Below, piece after piece: positions 9,085 through 18,796 of a stretch of DNA of 64,000 nt. The number at the start of each line of letters is the position of its first letter. Within the stretch, counting starts at the first letter, position 1. Location: assembly GCA_034422875.1 (NCBI GenBank), contig DAOUJI010000066.1:8714-72713 (forward strand), in the 5' to 3' direction. The notes beneath the pieces were generated by a model. That model was not told where the DNA came from. It made no database searches and saw nothing but the letters and a program-made list of their open reading frames with translations. The position numbers were made by a program, and so were the translations under genes. This stretch comes from Dehalococcoidia bacterium (GTDB taxonomy: Bacteria > Chloroflexota > Dehalococcoidia > Lucifugimonadales > JAGWBF01).

Positions 9085-10086
9085 TTATTCCTCGTAGCCA
9101 GCCGTCCAGCGGATGTCCATGGTGTTGAAGCAGGCCACGCTGTGGGCAGGGGTGAGGTTTTCCAAGGCAGGCGCCGGATTGCTCCTGCACTGACTTGTAG
9201 CCTTGTGGCAGCGGGGAATGAAGGGGCACGTGTCTTCTTTAGTCATCAGGTCCGGAGGAGTCCCGTGGATAGGTTCGAAACGCACGTCGGGCCTGTCGAG
9301 CCTGGGCACGGAGCGGAACAGCCCCCAGGTGTAGGGATGGACGTGGTTCCTGAAAAGCTCATGCACTCCGGCGTACTCGACGACTTTACCTGCATACATT
9401 ACAGCCACGTTGTCGGCCATCCGGGCCACCACTCCCATGTCGTGGGTGATTAATATCATGGAGGAGTGGCGGTCTCTGCAGAAACGCTTCAGCCGGTCCA
9501 GAATCTCCGCCTGAAGGGTGACGTCCAGGTTGGACGTGGGCTCGTCGGCAATCAACACCTTTGGCCCAAGGGCCATAGCCATGGAAATCATGACCCGCTG
9601 GCACATCCCGCCGCTCAACTGGAAAGGGTACCGCTTCAAAGTGTCTTTGGGGTCGGGCAGCCCCATGTCAGCCAGAAGGTCCGCGGACAGGTCCTCGGCG
9701 GCCCTTTTTGTCATGTCGGTGTGAGTCAGGATCTGCTCTTCCAACTGTGCGCCGATGGTGAGAATCGGGTTCAGAGCCGCCACCGGCTCCTGGGGTATCA
9801 TCGCAATGTCCTTGCCCCGGATTCGGCGGAGCGACGCCTGGTCCAGCGACATGATGTCCTGACCGCCGAACTCCACAGCTCCCGAGACCTCTCTGGCTGC
9901 CCGGGGCAAGAGGCCCAGCAGCGTAAGGGCGATGGTGCTCTTGCCGGCGCCGCTTTCACCCACAAGACACAGGATGGAGTCCTGTTCGAGGTCAAAGCTG
10001 ACTCCGTTGACGGCGGTCACGACGCCTTCCTTGGTGTAGAACCGGACCTTCAGGTCTTCTGCGTGGAGCACTGGGGTTGCCATCAC
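9085..10086 (-). CDS. ABC transporter ATP-binding protein, oligopeptide/dipeptide (OppD/DppD) type
   Basis: Walker A GESGAGKS, signature LSGGMCQR and Walker B LIADEPTSNLD. The Cys-containing C-terminal extension (CPFIPRCHKATSQC) is typical of Opp/Dpp ATPases. No permease or binding-protein gene is adjacent. Confidence 0.85.
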   Translation of the reverse strand: MMATPVLHAEDLKVRFYTKEGVVTAVNGVSFDLEQDSILCLVGESGAGKSTIALTLLGLLPRAAREVSGAVEFGGQDIMSLDQASLRRIRGKDIAMIPQEPVAALNPILTIGAQLEEQILTHTDMTKRAAEDLSADLLADMGLPDPKDTLKRYPFQLSGGMCQRVMISMAMALGPKVLIADEPTSNLDVTLQAEILDRLKRFCRDRHSSMILITHDMGVVARMADNVAVMYAGKVVEYAGVHELFRNHVHPYTWGLFRSVPRLDRPDVRFEPIHGTPPDLMTKEDTCPFIPRCHKATSQCRSNPAPALENLTPAHSVACFNTMDIRWTAGYEE

Positions 10087-10107
10087 ACCCTCTTCATACT
10101 CCGTGGG

Positions 10108-10815
10108 TTAGGCCAGCTTGGCCTCGGCCGCCGGGTCTTCCACCAGCGCCAGGTGGTGGAAGCGTCCGGCTTTTATTTCCTGCACGAGAGTCTCCACCGA
10201 GTCCACCCTGCGGTGAAACTCGGTGGCGGCGGCGCCCAGCGTGTGGAGCCGGTGGGCGTCGCTTCCTCCGACTGTCCTCATCTCTAGCCGAACGCTGAGG
10301 TCCAGAGAAAACTTTGTCTCGCCCTCGGTGGCCCTTCCGTTAATCCCTTCGACAGCGTCACAGACCCCGAATACAGGATCGGCGCAGGCGTCGTCAATCA
10401 TCTGCCGGTAGTAGTCGGGCTTATGGGCGTGCTCAGGCTGGAACCGCCTGCGATAGGGATGGGCGGCTATCAACGCGCCTCCCGCCTTCCGTGTCAGCTC
10501 GTTGAGGACATGCACTTTGTGCATCCCGAACCGGTACTCGGTCAGGCCATAGACCAGCACGTGCCCCGAATCGGTGTTGATTTCGGACCCCGAGAGGACC
10601 AGGAAGTCATGGCGGGCGCTGAGGTCACGTATGGAATTTGCGTCCCAGAAGTAGTCGTGCTCGGTGAAACAGATGGCATCCAGTCCTATTGACTTGGCTT
10701 TTTCGATAAGCTCATCGGGGCTGACGAAGCTATCATCCGAACGCGGGAAGGAGTGGGTATGGAGGTCGATGATCAACGGGGCTCCAAGCCTTGGGGTCTG
10801 GTGGTAGTTTCCCAC
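10108..10815 (-). CDS. PHP-domain metal-dependent phosphoesterase
   Basis: IIDLHTHSFPRSDD N-terminal motif, then ...FTEHDYF... and ...GGSDAH..., characteristic of the PHP fold. Confidence 0.75.
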   Translation of the reverse strand: MGNYHQTPRLGAPLIIDLHTHSFPRSDDSFVSPDELIEKAKSIGLDAICFTEHDYFWDANSIRDLSARHDFLVLSGSEINTDSGHVLVYGLTEYRFGMHKVHVLNELTRKAGGALIAAHPYRRRFQPEHAHKPDYYRQMIDDACADPVFGVCDAVEGINGRATEGETKFSLDLSVRLEMRTVGGSDAHRLHTLGAAATEFHRRVDSVETLVQEIKAGRFHHLALVEDPAAEAKLA

Positions 10816-10876
10816 CGCTGCCCAGTCTAGTCAACCCTGCTGGCTGACGGCGCCTATGGTGGGCCTATGCAACATC

Positions 10877-10900
10877 TCTTCCCCTTCTCGAGGGGGAAGA
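10877..10900. repeat. GC-tract palindromic hairpin (REP-like)
   Basis: TCTTCCCC (10877-10884) and GGGGAAGA (10893-10900) form an inverted repeat between carA and the PHP gene. Confidence 0.4.
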
Positions 10901-10921
10901 TTGAGATGGGAGTGAAAATGG

Positions 10922-12064
10922 CTACTCGGGAACCATATCCAGGAAGCGGTCGAAGACTTCCTCGTTGTCCCGTGGGCCGGGAGAAGCTTCCGAGTGGTAC
11001 TGGATGGTCAACACGGGCAATTCTGCGTGCTTCAACCCCTCGACCGTGCCGTCGTGGAGGTTCACCTGGGTAACCTCTAACCCTGGCGGAAGTGAGCGAG
11101 GGTCGACGGCATAGCCGTGGTTCTGGGCGGTAATGTGCACCCGTCCGGTGAGGAGGTCCTTCACCGGGTGGTTTGCTCCCCGGTGCCCGAACTTGAGTTT
11201 GAAGGTGTCGGCCCCAAAGGCACGGGCTATGACCTGGTGGCCGAGGCATATCCCCATCAAAGGGACCTTCCCAACTAAGCTCCTAGCAGTCCCGACCAAC
11301 TCGTCCAGCAGGGCTGGGTCACCGGGTCCGGGAGAGAAGAGCACGCCTGAGGGATTCAGCGCCATGATTTCCTCGGCAGTGGAGGACCCTGGGACTGCGA
11401 TAACCTGGCAACCCCGGCGGTTCAGTAGCCGCAGAATGTTGTACTTGAGGCCCATGTCGGTGACTACGATGCGCCGTTCGTTCCCAGAAGCTGGGGTGGC
11501 GTTATGGTCCCAGGAGTAGGGTTCGCGAGTTGACACCCTGGACACGAAGTCCTGGCTGTCGTACCTGGGCAAGTCCCTGATTCGCGCCAGGGCGCCTTCA
11601 GGAGCGATTTCCGTGAGAAACGACGACGCCTCTCGCCCCGCACCCGTGACGCCCCCATCGCCGGGCTGGACTATCCCCATCATCACCCCCCGAGTACGGA
11701 GTCGGCGGGTTATGGCCCTGGTGTCCACTCCCTGAATGGCCGGAATGTTCTGAGACTCCAGGAAACTGTGAAGGCTCATGTTGCTCAGGCCGTGGCTTGG
11801 ATAGTCGCAGTGCTCTCTGACCACCAGCCCGGCCACCTGAATCTGCCGGGACTCGAAGTCTTGGGGGTTGATGCCGTAGTTGCCGGCCAACGGATAGGTC
11901 AACACCACGATTTGCCCGGCGTAGGACGGGTCGGTCAGGACCTCCTGGTAGCCGGTCATGGAAGTGTTGAATACGACTTCTCCGTGCCCGAGAATGGCCG
12001 CCCCTAGGGCCTCGCCCCGGAAGGACGACCCGTCTTCCAACGTCAAATAAGCCGTTTCAGTCAA
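10922..12064 (-). CDS. carA: carbamoyl-phosphate synthase small (glutamine amidotransferase) subunit
   Basis: LTLEDGSSFRGEALGA...GEVVFNTSMTGYQEVLTDPSYAGQIV N-terminus, with a GATase domain containing GICLGHQ. Confidence 0.92.
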   Translation of the reverse strand: MTETAYLTLEDGSSFRGEALGAAILGHGEVVFNTSMTGYQEVLTDPSYAGQIVVLTYPLAGNYGINPQDFESRQIQVAGLVVREHCDYPSHGLSNMSLHSFLESQNIPAIQGVDTRAITRRLRTRGVMMGIVQPGDGGVTGAGREASSFLTEIAPEGALARIRDLPRYDSQDFVSRVSTREPYSWDHNATPASGNERRIVVTDMGLKYNILRLLNRRGCQVIAVPGSSTAEEIMALNPSGVLFSPGPGDPALLDELVGTARSLVGKVPLMGICLGHQVIARAFGADTFKLKFGHRGANHPVKDLLTGRVHITAQNHGYAVDPRSLPPGLEVTQVNLHDGTVEGLKHAELPVLTIQYHSEASPGPRDNEEVFDRFLDMVPE

Positions 12065-12088
12065 TAACAGCTACACCCTTCCCATTTT

Positions 12089-13465
12089 TTAGCTGTGGAC
12101 CTTACCATGAGAGGGCTCCAAGGCTTGCGCCGGAGCTGCCTGTTCTTCTGTGTAGAAGGTGTACCTCTGGAGGTCCGGCTCCTCAGCGGGAAACTCTTCG
12201 ATAGGGCGCCGAGCGTCCTCGCCCGGATGGGCGAAATGAGAGGGGCGGACGGCCCGCTCACAGTAACAGCAGATGAACCGCGTCACCGGAGCCGTGCGCA
12301 ACGAAAACCGGGCCGTCGTACTCATTGGCTCGTTGTTCACGGCACAGGACGGATTGTCGCATCTGATGTTCCCGGACACTTCCATGGGCGCCTCAACAAT
12401 CCGATGTTCGTTCTCTCCTCTTGTTCTCCAGGGGTGAAGCCCAAGCATTAGCGCGATCAGGGCCATTCGGACCGGCACTCCGTTCCGGGCCTGCTCGAAA
12501 TATTTGCTCCGGCTGTCGGTGTCCACGTCGGGGGATATTTCGTCCACCCTGGGCAGGGGATGCAGCACGACGGCTTTGGAAAAATCTGGCTGCTTCAGAA
12601 CATCGGCGTTGATTCGCGGGTAGCGCCCTGGGGAAGCCTGCCCCTTTCCATCCGCGTCCCTTTCGGCCTGTCTCCGGGTCACGTAGAAGGCCAGGGAATC
12701 GTCCTGGCCCAGCTCCAACTCAGCGGACCCGAACAGCGTCAGACTGTGTGGTTCGCTTGGAGTCATGTAAATGGCGTCTACGATGCCTCCTTCAGCGCTT
12801 GAGTCCTCGCCATAGAGGGCAGACAGCCCGGCGTGGCGGACCTCTTGAGTGGGTATTCCATATTCGGTCTCTATCTTGTCGACTACGTGCTCCGGCAACC
12901 CCAACCCTTCGCCGGGTAGACAAATCACCCCTGACCCGAACCGGAGAAGCGCGTACACCAGGGAGTGGACCGTGCGGCCGTTCTTCAGGTCTCCGCACAG
13001 GACGATTTTTCTACCTTCCAGTGTGCCGAATTGCTTGCGCAGGGTGTAGAGGTCAAGCAAGGTCTGGGTAGGATGCTCGTGGCCTCCGTCGCCCGCGTTG
13101 ATGACAGGAACATCGCTGTAGTCGGCTGCAAGACGGCTGGCGCCTTCCCACGGGTGGCGCAGGACTATGAAGTCGGAGTACCCGCTCCATATGCGGATAG
13201 TGTCGGCCAGCGTCTCGCCCTTTTCGACAGATGACGTGCGGGGGTCGGCTACAGTGACCGCCGAGCCGCCCAGTCGTTTCATGGCCGCCTCGAAGGAGCC
13301 GCGTGTGCGGGTGCTGGGCTCCAGGAACAGGCTTCCCATGATTTTCTTGGAAGCCATACCATAGAAGCTGTCCCTGTCGGTTTCTACCGCCAAGGCCAGG
13401 TCCAGGATGTCTTCGATCTGGCCCACAGACAGGTCGTCGATGGAGACAAGGCTGCCTTTATACAT
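12089..13465 (-). CDS. pyrB: aspartate carbamoyltransferase catalytic chain fused to a PyrI-like zinc domain
   Basis: N-terminal ATCase signature ([19 protein letters not shown]). The C-terminal ~115 aa carry a 4-Cys motif, [14 protein letters not shown]...[10 protein letters not shown], like the Zn domain of the regulatory chain PyrI. At 458 aa it is longer than a plain PyrB. Confidence 0.85.
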   Translation of the reverse strand: MYKGSLVSIDDLSVGQIEDILDLALAVETDRDSFYGMASKKIMGSLFLEPSTRTRGSFEAAMKRLGGSAVTVADPRTSSVEKGETLADTIRIWSGYSDFIVLRHPWEGASRLAADYSDVPVINAGDGGHEHPTQTLLDLYTLRKQFGTLEGRKIVLCGDLKNGRTVHSLVYALLRFGSGVICLPGEGLGLPEHVVDKIETEYGIPTQEVRHAGLSALYGEDSSAEGGIVDAIYMTPSEPHSLTLFGSAELELGQDDSLAFYVTRRQAERDADGKGQASPGRYPRINADVLKQPDFSKAVVLHPLPRVDEISPDVDTDSRSKYFEQARNGVPVRMALIALMLGLHPWRTRGENEHRIVEAPMEVSGNIRCDNPSCAVNNEPMSTTARFSLRTAPVTRFICCYCERAVRPSHFAHPGEDARRPIEEFPAEEPDLQRYTFYTEEQAAPAQALEPSHGKVHS

Positions 13466-14045
13466 TAGCGGCGCCTCCCCACTGCCGTTGGGCGACTGAG
13501 TTGGAGTCGAGGACCACCTCGTCGCTGCCGTCCACTTCGGCCACCCTGACTCGCACCGTTTCGCCGCGGCTTGTGGGGATGTTCTTCCCCACGTAGTCGG
13601 CCCTTATCGGAAGCTCTCTGTGCCCCCTGTCCACCAGCACAGCCAGCTGCACTCGCTGTGGCCTGCCCAGGTCGGTCAGCGCGTCCAGGGCCGCTCGGGC
13701 CGTCCTCCCGGTGTAGAGGACATCGTCGACGAGCACGATGCGCCTGCCCTCCACTTCCATAGGCGAACCTTCGGCCACGGCCCTGAGTCTGGGCCTGGGA
13801 ATGTCGTCCCTGTAGGGACGGATGTCCAGCTCGTACACCGGAGTTTCTGCGTTCTCGAAACTCAGGATGGCGTCGGTGATCCGTTGGGCCAGTGGAAGAC
13901 CCCGCGTGCGTATCCCCACAAGCGCGAGGTCCTCAACCCCCTGGTGGCGTTCCACGATTTCGTGGGCGATGCGGGAGAGGATTCTCCGGACGCCGTTGGC
14001 GTCCAGGACCACGCTTGCCGCATGTTTTGCCGCTCTCTCGGCCAT
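13458..14045 (-). CDS. pyrR: bifunctional pyrimidine operon regulator / uracil phosphoribosyltransferase PyrR
   Basis: [22 protein letters not shown]...[15 protein letters not shown] plus the PRPP-binding motif [21 protein letters not shown] at 14045; the track starts one codon earlier at TTG. Confidence 0.9.
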   Translation of the reverse strand: MAERAAKHAASVVLDANGVRRILSRIAHEIVERHQGVEDLALVGIRTRGLPLAQRITDAILSFENAETPVYELDIRPYRDDIPRPRLRAVAEGSPMEVEGRRIVLVDDVLYTGRTARAALDALTDLGRPQRVQLAVLVDRGHRELPIRADYVGKNIPTSRGETVRVRVAEVDGSDEVVLDSNSVAQRQWGGAANV

Positions 14046-14110
14046 CAAAAAACCCTTGCCTGCGCTGACAAGGGTTGCATTGCTCCCCAGGGGAAGGGGT
14101 ATGAGTTAAG
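14046..14110 (-). promoter_or_regulatory. pyr operon leader: terminator-like hairpin abutting the pyrR start codon
   Basis: Minus strand reads AACCCTTG-TCAGCGCAGG-CAAGGGTT followed by TTTTTTG-ATG (stem 14051-14058 with 14069-14076). The only SD-like sequence (AAGGG) lies in the 3' arm. Upstream CCCCUGGGGAGCAAUGC loosely recalls a PyrR box. Confidence 0.5.
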
Positions 14111-14300
14111 AGCAGCCGCCTTGCCAGCCTCACCGGACTGATTTAAAGGATTGGCTTCCGACTATTCGATTTTCTTGGTTGAGAGGAATCTTATCAGGGC
14201 AGAACCTCATCTGCAAGGGAGTGTGTTCATCCAAAACGCATTGACTGGCAGGTATTCAAGAAACGCCCAAATAGCGCTAACATACTCGGAAGGCGATGCA

Positions 14301-15509
14301 ATGAGCATTCTGCGTAGTAGGAGGTGTGCCTTGCGACTCTTATCTTTGACGCGGATTGTCTTGCTGGGGTTGCTGGCGATTATTTTGTCGGCGGCCATGG
14401 CTTGCGGTGGGGACGGGGACGATGATCCCTTAGTGATAGGCGTGATGGAATCTCTCACTGGACCAGGCCAGACCTACGGGACTGTGGCCGTTCAGGCAAA
14501 AGAGATGGCCGTTGAAGAGATTAACGCGGCAGGCGGCATCAACGGACGCATGTTGGAACTCATCGTCGAAGACTCCAAGTGCGCCGCCCAGGACTCGATA
14601 ACCGCTTACAGAAAGCTTACCGACGTGGACGGGGTCAAAATCATCCTGGGAACTTCCTGCAGCGGAGCCATGCTGGGCGCAGCCCCCCTGGCTGAAGCGG
14701 ACGGAGTGATAATGTTCTCCGGCCTGGCCACCAACCCCGACATCGCCGACGCCGGCGACTACATCTTCCGGACCTCGTTGAGCGACGTCCAGTTGGGCAT
14801 CGACACCGGCAATGTCATGTGGGCGGACGGCGCCCGCAGGCTGGCCACCATTACCGAGGCGACCGACTACGCAGAGGGCGTCAGGCGGACGACAGTCGAG
14901 CAGTTCCAGAAGCTGGGCGGCGAATTGGTCGCGGAGGAACGCTACGCCTCCGACGTCACCGACTTCAGGACCCAATTGACCAAGCTGTTGAACGCGAACC
15001 CGGATGCGTTGCACATAGCGGCTCAGTCCGAGTCCTCCGGAGGCACGATTGTCAAGCAAGCTCGAGAGGTGGGCTACGAAGGGCCGATGTACTCCGAGGT
15101 CGTCCCAGTGGGCGCCACCGCACTGGAGATCGCCGGCGAGGCGGCTACTGGCCTCAAGGCCATCCAGACCGACCTCGACCCCAATAACACCAAGGCCCAG
15201 GAAGTGCTCGCAAACTTCCGGGCAAAATACGACTACGTCACCCTGGCCTGGTATCTGGGTTCCGCCTACGATGACGTGTACATTGCAGCCGAGTGTCTGA
15301 AGCAGACCGAGGACGACCAGGACGCAGACGGCTTCAGGGACTGCATGTACGGCATAACCTGGAGCGGGACCATAGGAGACAATTACAGCTTCGACGATAA
15401 GGGCGAGGTTGTCGGCCTGTCCAACGTCGTTGTAGAGATCCTGCCTCTTGCCGAAAGGACTGAGGAGAACCAGGGGTACAAGGTGTTGGGACCGGCTCCT
15501 ACCCAGTAG
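14301..15509 (+). CDS. ABC transporter substrate-binding protein, branched-chain amino acid (LivK/LivJ-like) family
   Basis: ATG at 14301 with a GGAAGG SD. A signal peptide ends in AAMACGG (possible lipoprotein). The periplasmic-binding fold shows ...GVMESLTGPGQTYG...GTSCSGA.... Confidence 0.85.
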   Translation: MSILRSRRCALRLLSLTRIVLLGLLAIILSAAMACGGDGDDDPLVIGVMESLTGPGQTYGTVAVQAKEMAVEEINAAGGINGRMLELIVEDSKCAAQDSITAYRKLTDVDGVKIILGTSCSGAMLGAAPLAEADGVIMFSGLATNPDIADAGDYIFRTSLSDVQLGIDTGNVMWADGARRLATITEATDYAEGVRRTTVEQFQKLGGELVAEERYASDVTDFRTQLTKLLNANPDALHIAAQSESSGGTIVKQAREVGYEGPMYSEVVPVGATALEIAGEAATGLKAIQTDLDPNNTKAQEVLANFRAKYDYVTLAWYLGSAYDDVYIAAECLKQTEDDQDADGFRDCMYGITWSGTIGDNYSFDDKGEVVGLSNVVVEILPLAERTEENQGYKVLGPAPTQ

Positions 15510-15579
15510 AATCCAAGCATAGCCGCTGGGCCGGGACTGGCCCAGCGGCATATTCCGGAAGCGTCCAGCTAAAGTTCCT

Positions 15580-16941
15580 TTGGGGGTCCGCTTGATTGTA
15601 CGCGGTGTCGGTTCGGGCAGGCTCCTCGCCGTCACACTGGCAACGATGGCGGCGGCCTATGTCGTCTGGAAGATAACCCAGTCCCCCGAACAGGCCACTC
15701 AATTCGCCTTTAACGGGCTGTCCGTCGGGGCGGTGTACGCTCTGCTTGCCATGGGGTTCACCCTGGTGTACAGCACCGTCTGGTTCTTTGACCTGTACTA
15801 TGGAGCCGCAGCGGCTATAGGCGCCTACGGCGTTTTCTACCTGAGGTCCCACGACACACTGGGGGGCCAGTACGAAGTTAACGAGATCTACGTTAACGTG
15901 TTGTTCGCCGCCACGGTAGCCGGAGTCGCCGCCTGGGCCATAAACGCCGGCCTGCCAACCCGCATCAGGGACCGATTTAAGTCCGCTGTGCGTCCGGGCA
16001 TCGGACTGCTGGCCGCAGGCGTGGGGGTCTACACGGGTTTCGTGCTTTCCTACCCAGGCGAATTGAACCTGTTGCTCGCTCCTGCCGTCGGCGCTTTGAC
16101 GGGAGTTGTGGTCCTCTGGATGCTGCACCGAGGATTCGGGCTCATTTCCGACAGGGGAGGCGCCTGGGGGTTCATAACCGCCGTCGGCGGAATTGGAGCC
16201 GCTGCACTCGGAGGGTATTGTGGGTACCTGGTGGCCAATGCCCCCGGTTCCCAGCTCTACCTGAGCTGGGGAGTGTCGTGCGTGCTGGCGGGAACCGTCG
16301 GCCTCGGTCTCTACAAGGGGATGTACGTGTACATGAGGGTGCGGGCGAGATCTCCCCTAATCATGCTGGTGGCGTCCCTGGGGGTCCTGCTGGCGCTGAC
16401 CGCAGCAATCACCATCGTATTCCAGACCGCCGCTCGTCCCCTGCCCGAGGCGTTCGGAGGTGACCCCTGGACCCTTGGGGGGGCACATATCAAGGGGTTC
16501 AACGTATTCACCATCGGGGTGGCCCTGGCGGGCTTTGTGGTCTTGTTGCTGGTTCTCAAGTTGACAGCGTTCGGAAAGGCTGTGCGAGCCATCGGCGACG
16601 ACGAAGAGGTGTCGAAGGTGGTGGGAATAAACACCACCGTGATAATCGCAGCAGTGTTCTTTATAGGCGCCGTATATGCGGCAATGGCAGGAATTCTGAC
16701 CGGCCACGACACCGCCATCCAGCCAAGAATGGGCCTGCTGCTCCTCTTGAAAGGCTGGATTGCCTCTGTGGTCGGAGGCATCGGAAACCTCTATGGGGCC
16801 ATCGTCGGCGGATTCGCTCTGGGGATGATCGAGCAGTTTGGCATCTGGGACTTGGCTGGGGAATGGAAGGACGTCATTGCCTTTATGGTACTGATCTTGT
16901 TCTTGTCATTCTGGCCCCGGGGTCTGTTGCCCAGAAAGTGA
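15580..16941 (+). CDS. livH: branched-chain amino acid ABC transporter permease (LivH-like), unusually long
   Basis: LivH-like N-terminus (FAFNGLSVGAVYALLAMGFTLVY) and C-terminus (GNLYGAIVGGFALGMIEQF). Extra hydrophobic helices are inserted in between, giving 453 aa. The start is uncertain. Confidence 0.8.
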   Translation: MGVRLIVRGVGSGRLLAVTLATMAAAYVVWKITQSPEQATQFAFNGLSVGAVYALLAMGFTLVYSTVWFFDLYYGAAAAIGAYGVFYLRSHDTLGGQYEVNEIYVNVLFAATVAGVAAWAINAGLPTRIRDRFKSAVRPGIGLLAAGVGVYTGFVLSYPGELNLLLAPAVGALTGVVVLWMLHRGFGLISDRGGAWGFITAVGGIGAAALGGYCGYLVANAPGSQLYLSWGVSCVLAGTVGLGLYKGMYVYMRVRARSPLIMLVASLGVLLALTAAITIVFQTAARPLPEAFGGDPWTLGGAHIKGFNVFTIGVALAGFVVLLLVLKLTAFGKAVRAIGDDEEVSKVVGINTTVIIAAVFFIGAVYAAMAGILTGHDTAIQPRMGLLLLLKGWIASVVGGIGNLYGAIVGGFALGMIEQFGIWDLAGEWKDVIAFMVLILFLSFWPRGLLPRK

Positions 16942-16945
16942 TAGC

Positions 16946-18001
16946 GTGAAGACGGAATCGAGGAGATTAGGAGCGCTGACGAATCTTCGGCTTGACCGCC
17001 AGGAGCTTCTGGCGGCCGCCAGGGGCAACATAGAGCTTTGGGCGAACCTGCTTATCGTCTCGTGGGCCATCGGGTTCATGCTGTGGCAGGGTGTCGGATT
17101 CGCCATAGCCATTGGAACAGTGTTCGGCATCTGGGCGATACTGGCGGTGAGCCTTAACCTGGTGGTGGGCTTCACTGGGCTGTTGTCGGTGGGCCATATA
17201 GGCTTCTTCGGAATCGGCGCCTACACTACGGCGATTCTCACCTCGGAAGCGTCGTACGACCAACTGCGCACCGGGGCGATACCCACATTCGATTGGCCGT
17301 TCTTTGCGGCTCTGCCGGTCGGCATGGTCCTGGCCGGTCTGGTGGCCATTGTAGTGGGAGTCGTGTTCAACCGGTTCAGGGACGACATCTTCGTCCTCGT
17401 CTCCTTTGGATTCGCCATTATCAGCTTCAACGTCTTCCTGAACTGGCGGGACCTCACCCGGGGCGCATTCGGCATCCACGAGGTGCCCCGTCCCGTCATA
17501 GGCGGATGGACATTCAACGGAGAATTGGAATTTCTTGTTCTTGTTCTGGTGTTCCTGGCCATCATCATGCTCATTTCCTGGTTCATAGTCACGTCGTCTT
17601 TCGGGCGAGTGCTTACAGCCATAAGAGAGGACGAGCAGGCCATTGGAGTGTTCGGCTACCAGGCGACCCAATACAAGCTTGCCGTGTGGACCATCTCGGC
17701 CATGATGGCGGGTCTGGCCGGAGGTCTGTTCTCTGCGTGGACCAGCTTCGTGGACCCCAACTCCTTCATCCTGCTGGAGTCCATGCTCCTGGTAGCCATA
17801 GTCATACTCGGAGGCTTGGCCACTATATGGGGGTCCCTCTTGGGGGCAATGGCCTTCGTACTGCTGGAAGAGGGGATGCGCTTCATCCCAGGCCTGCCCA
17901 CCGAATATATCGGTCAAGCCAGGCTGGTCATCCTGGGAATACTCCTGGCGTTGCTCATGCTGTTCAGGCCCCAGGGTCTGGTCGGGAGGTACAGGCTATG
18001 A
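16946..18001 (+). CDS. livM: branched-chain amino acid ABC transporter permease (LivM-like)
   Basis: 351-aa polytopic membrane ORF directly after livH. It contains ...LSVGHIGFFGIGAYT... and ...GGLATIWGSLLGA.... Confidence 0.85.
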   Translation: MKTESRRLGALTNLRLDRQELLAAARGNIELWANLLIVSWAIGFMLWQGVGFAIAIGTVFGIWAILAVSLNLVVGFTGLLSVGHIGFFGIGAYTTAILTSEASYDQLRTGAIPTFDWPFFAALPVGMVLAGLVAIVVGVVFNRFRDDIFVLVSFGFAIISFNVFLNWRDLTRGAFGIHEVPRPVIGGWTFNGELEFLVLVLVFLAIIMLISWFIVTSSFGRVLTAIREDEQAIGVFGYQATQYKLAVWTISAMMAGLAGGLFSAWTSFVDPNSFILLESMLLVAIVILGGLATIWGSLLGAMAFVLLEEGMRFIPGLPTEYIGQARLVILGILLALLMLFRPQGLVGRYRL

Positions 18002-18759
18002 GCGAAGAACTCGTCCAATCGGGCGACTCTTATGCCATTGAGACAGTTGAAATCTCCAAGCACTTCGGCGCGGTTCACGCGGTCGACGAGCTCACCGTGT
18101 CTATTCCCAAGAAGGGAATGACCAGCATCGTGGGTCCCAACGGGTCGGGGAAGTCCACACTCATCAACCTGCTGACCGGCACATTGCCACTCGACGGAGG
18201 CATGGTAATTATCGACGGGACCGTCCTCACTGAGGTGAAGGCCCACGAGAACCCCGCACACGGCATCACCCGGACATTCCAGGAGGTGCGGCTCTTCGAC
18301 CAGATGACCGTGTGGAATAACGTCATGGTGGTCTTGACCAAGCGCAAGCTTTTCCCCGCTCTGTTCGAACGGACCAAGCCCGCATACAGGGAGAAGACTG
18401 CGGCAGTTCTGGAGGACGTGGGCTTGTGGGAAAAACGGAACGACCTGGCCATGAACCTCTCCTACGGACAGAGGAAGCTGCTGGGCATCGGGCGCGCCAT
18501 GGCAATGGGAGTGAAGACCTTGATGTTCGACGAGCCCTTTGCCGGACTCTTCCCCCAGATGTTGGAGAAGATGAAAGGGCTCATGAACCAGATGCGGGAA
18601 GAGGGGAATACCATCATCCTCATCTCTCACAACATGGACATCGTCCGGGAACTGCCGGACCACCTGATCGTCCTGGACAGCGGAAAGCTCCTTGCCCAGG
18701 GAGACGTGCACGAGGTGCTGAGCCGCCCGGAGGTGATAGAGGCGTACCTGGGCGTATAG
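17998..18759 (+). CDS. livG: ABC transporter ATP-binding protein (LivG-like)
   Basis: ATG at 17998 overlaps the livM stop (ATGA). Walker A is GPNGSGKST and the signature is LSYGQRKLL. The track ORF 17293-18759 has a 5' extension that runs inside livM in another frame. Confidence 0.88.
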   Translation: MSEELVQSGDSYAIETVEISKHFGAVHAVDELTVSIPKKGMTSIVGPNGSGKSTLINLLTGTLPLDGGMVIIDGTVLTEVKAHENPAHGITRTFQEVRLFDQMTVWNNVMVVLTKRKLFPALFERTKPAYREKTAAVLEDVGLWEKRNDLAMNLSYGQRKLLGIGRAMAMGVKTLMFDEPFAGLFPQMLEKMKGLMNQMREEGNTIILISHNMDIVRELPDHLIVLDSGKLLAQGDVHEVLSRPEVIEAYLGV

Positions 18760-18796
18760 TCCTCTTACGGCTTACGGCTTATCGTGGAATGAATGC

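Noticed and set aside
14430-15635. 401-aa ORF on the minus strand
   Set aside because: It lies antisense to the well-supported LivK-like binding-protein gene. Its composition is low-complexity and Arg/Gly/Pro-rich, typical of shadow ORFs in GC-rich DNA.
16967-17917. 316-aa ORF on the minus strand
   Set aside because: It lies antisense to the livM permease gene, has no recognisable motifs and has shadow-ORF composition.
17293-17997. 235-codon 5' extension of the livG ORF in the track (17293-18759)
   Set aside because: The extension runs inside livM in another frame and is Arg/Gly/His-rich nonsense. A proper ATG at 17998 overlaps the livM stop and is followed immediately by the ABC ATPase fold.
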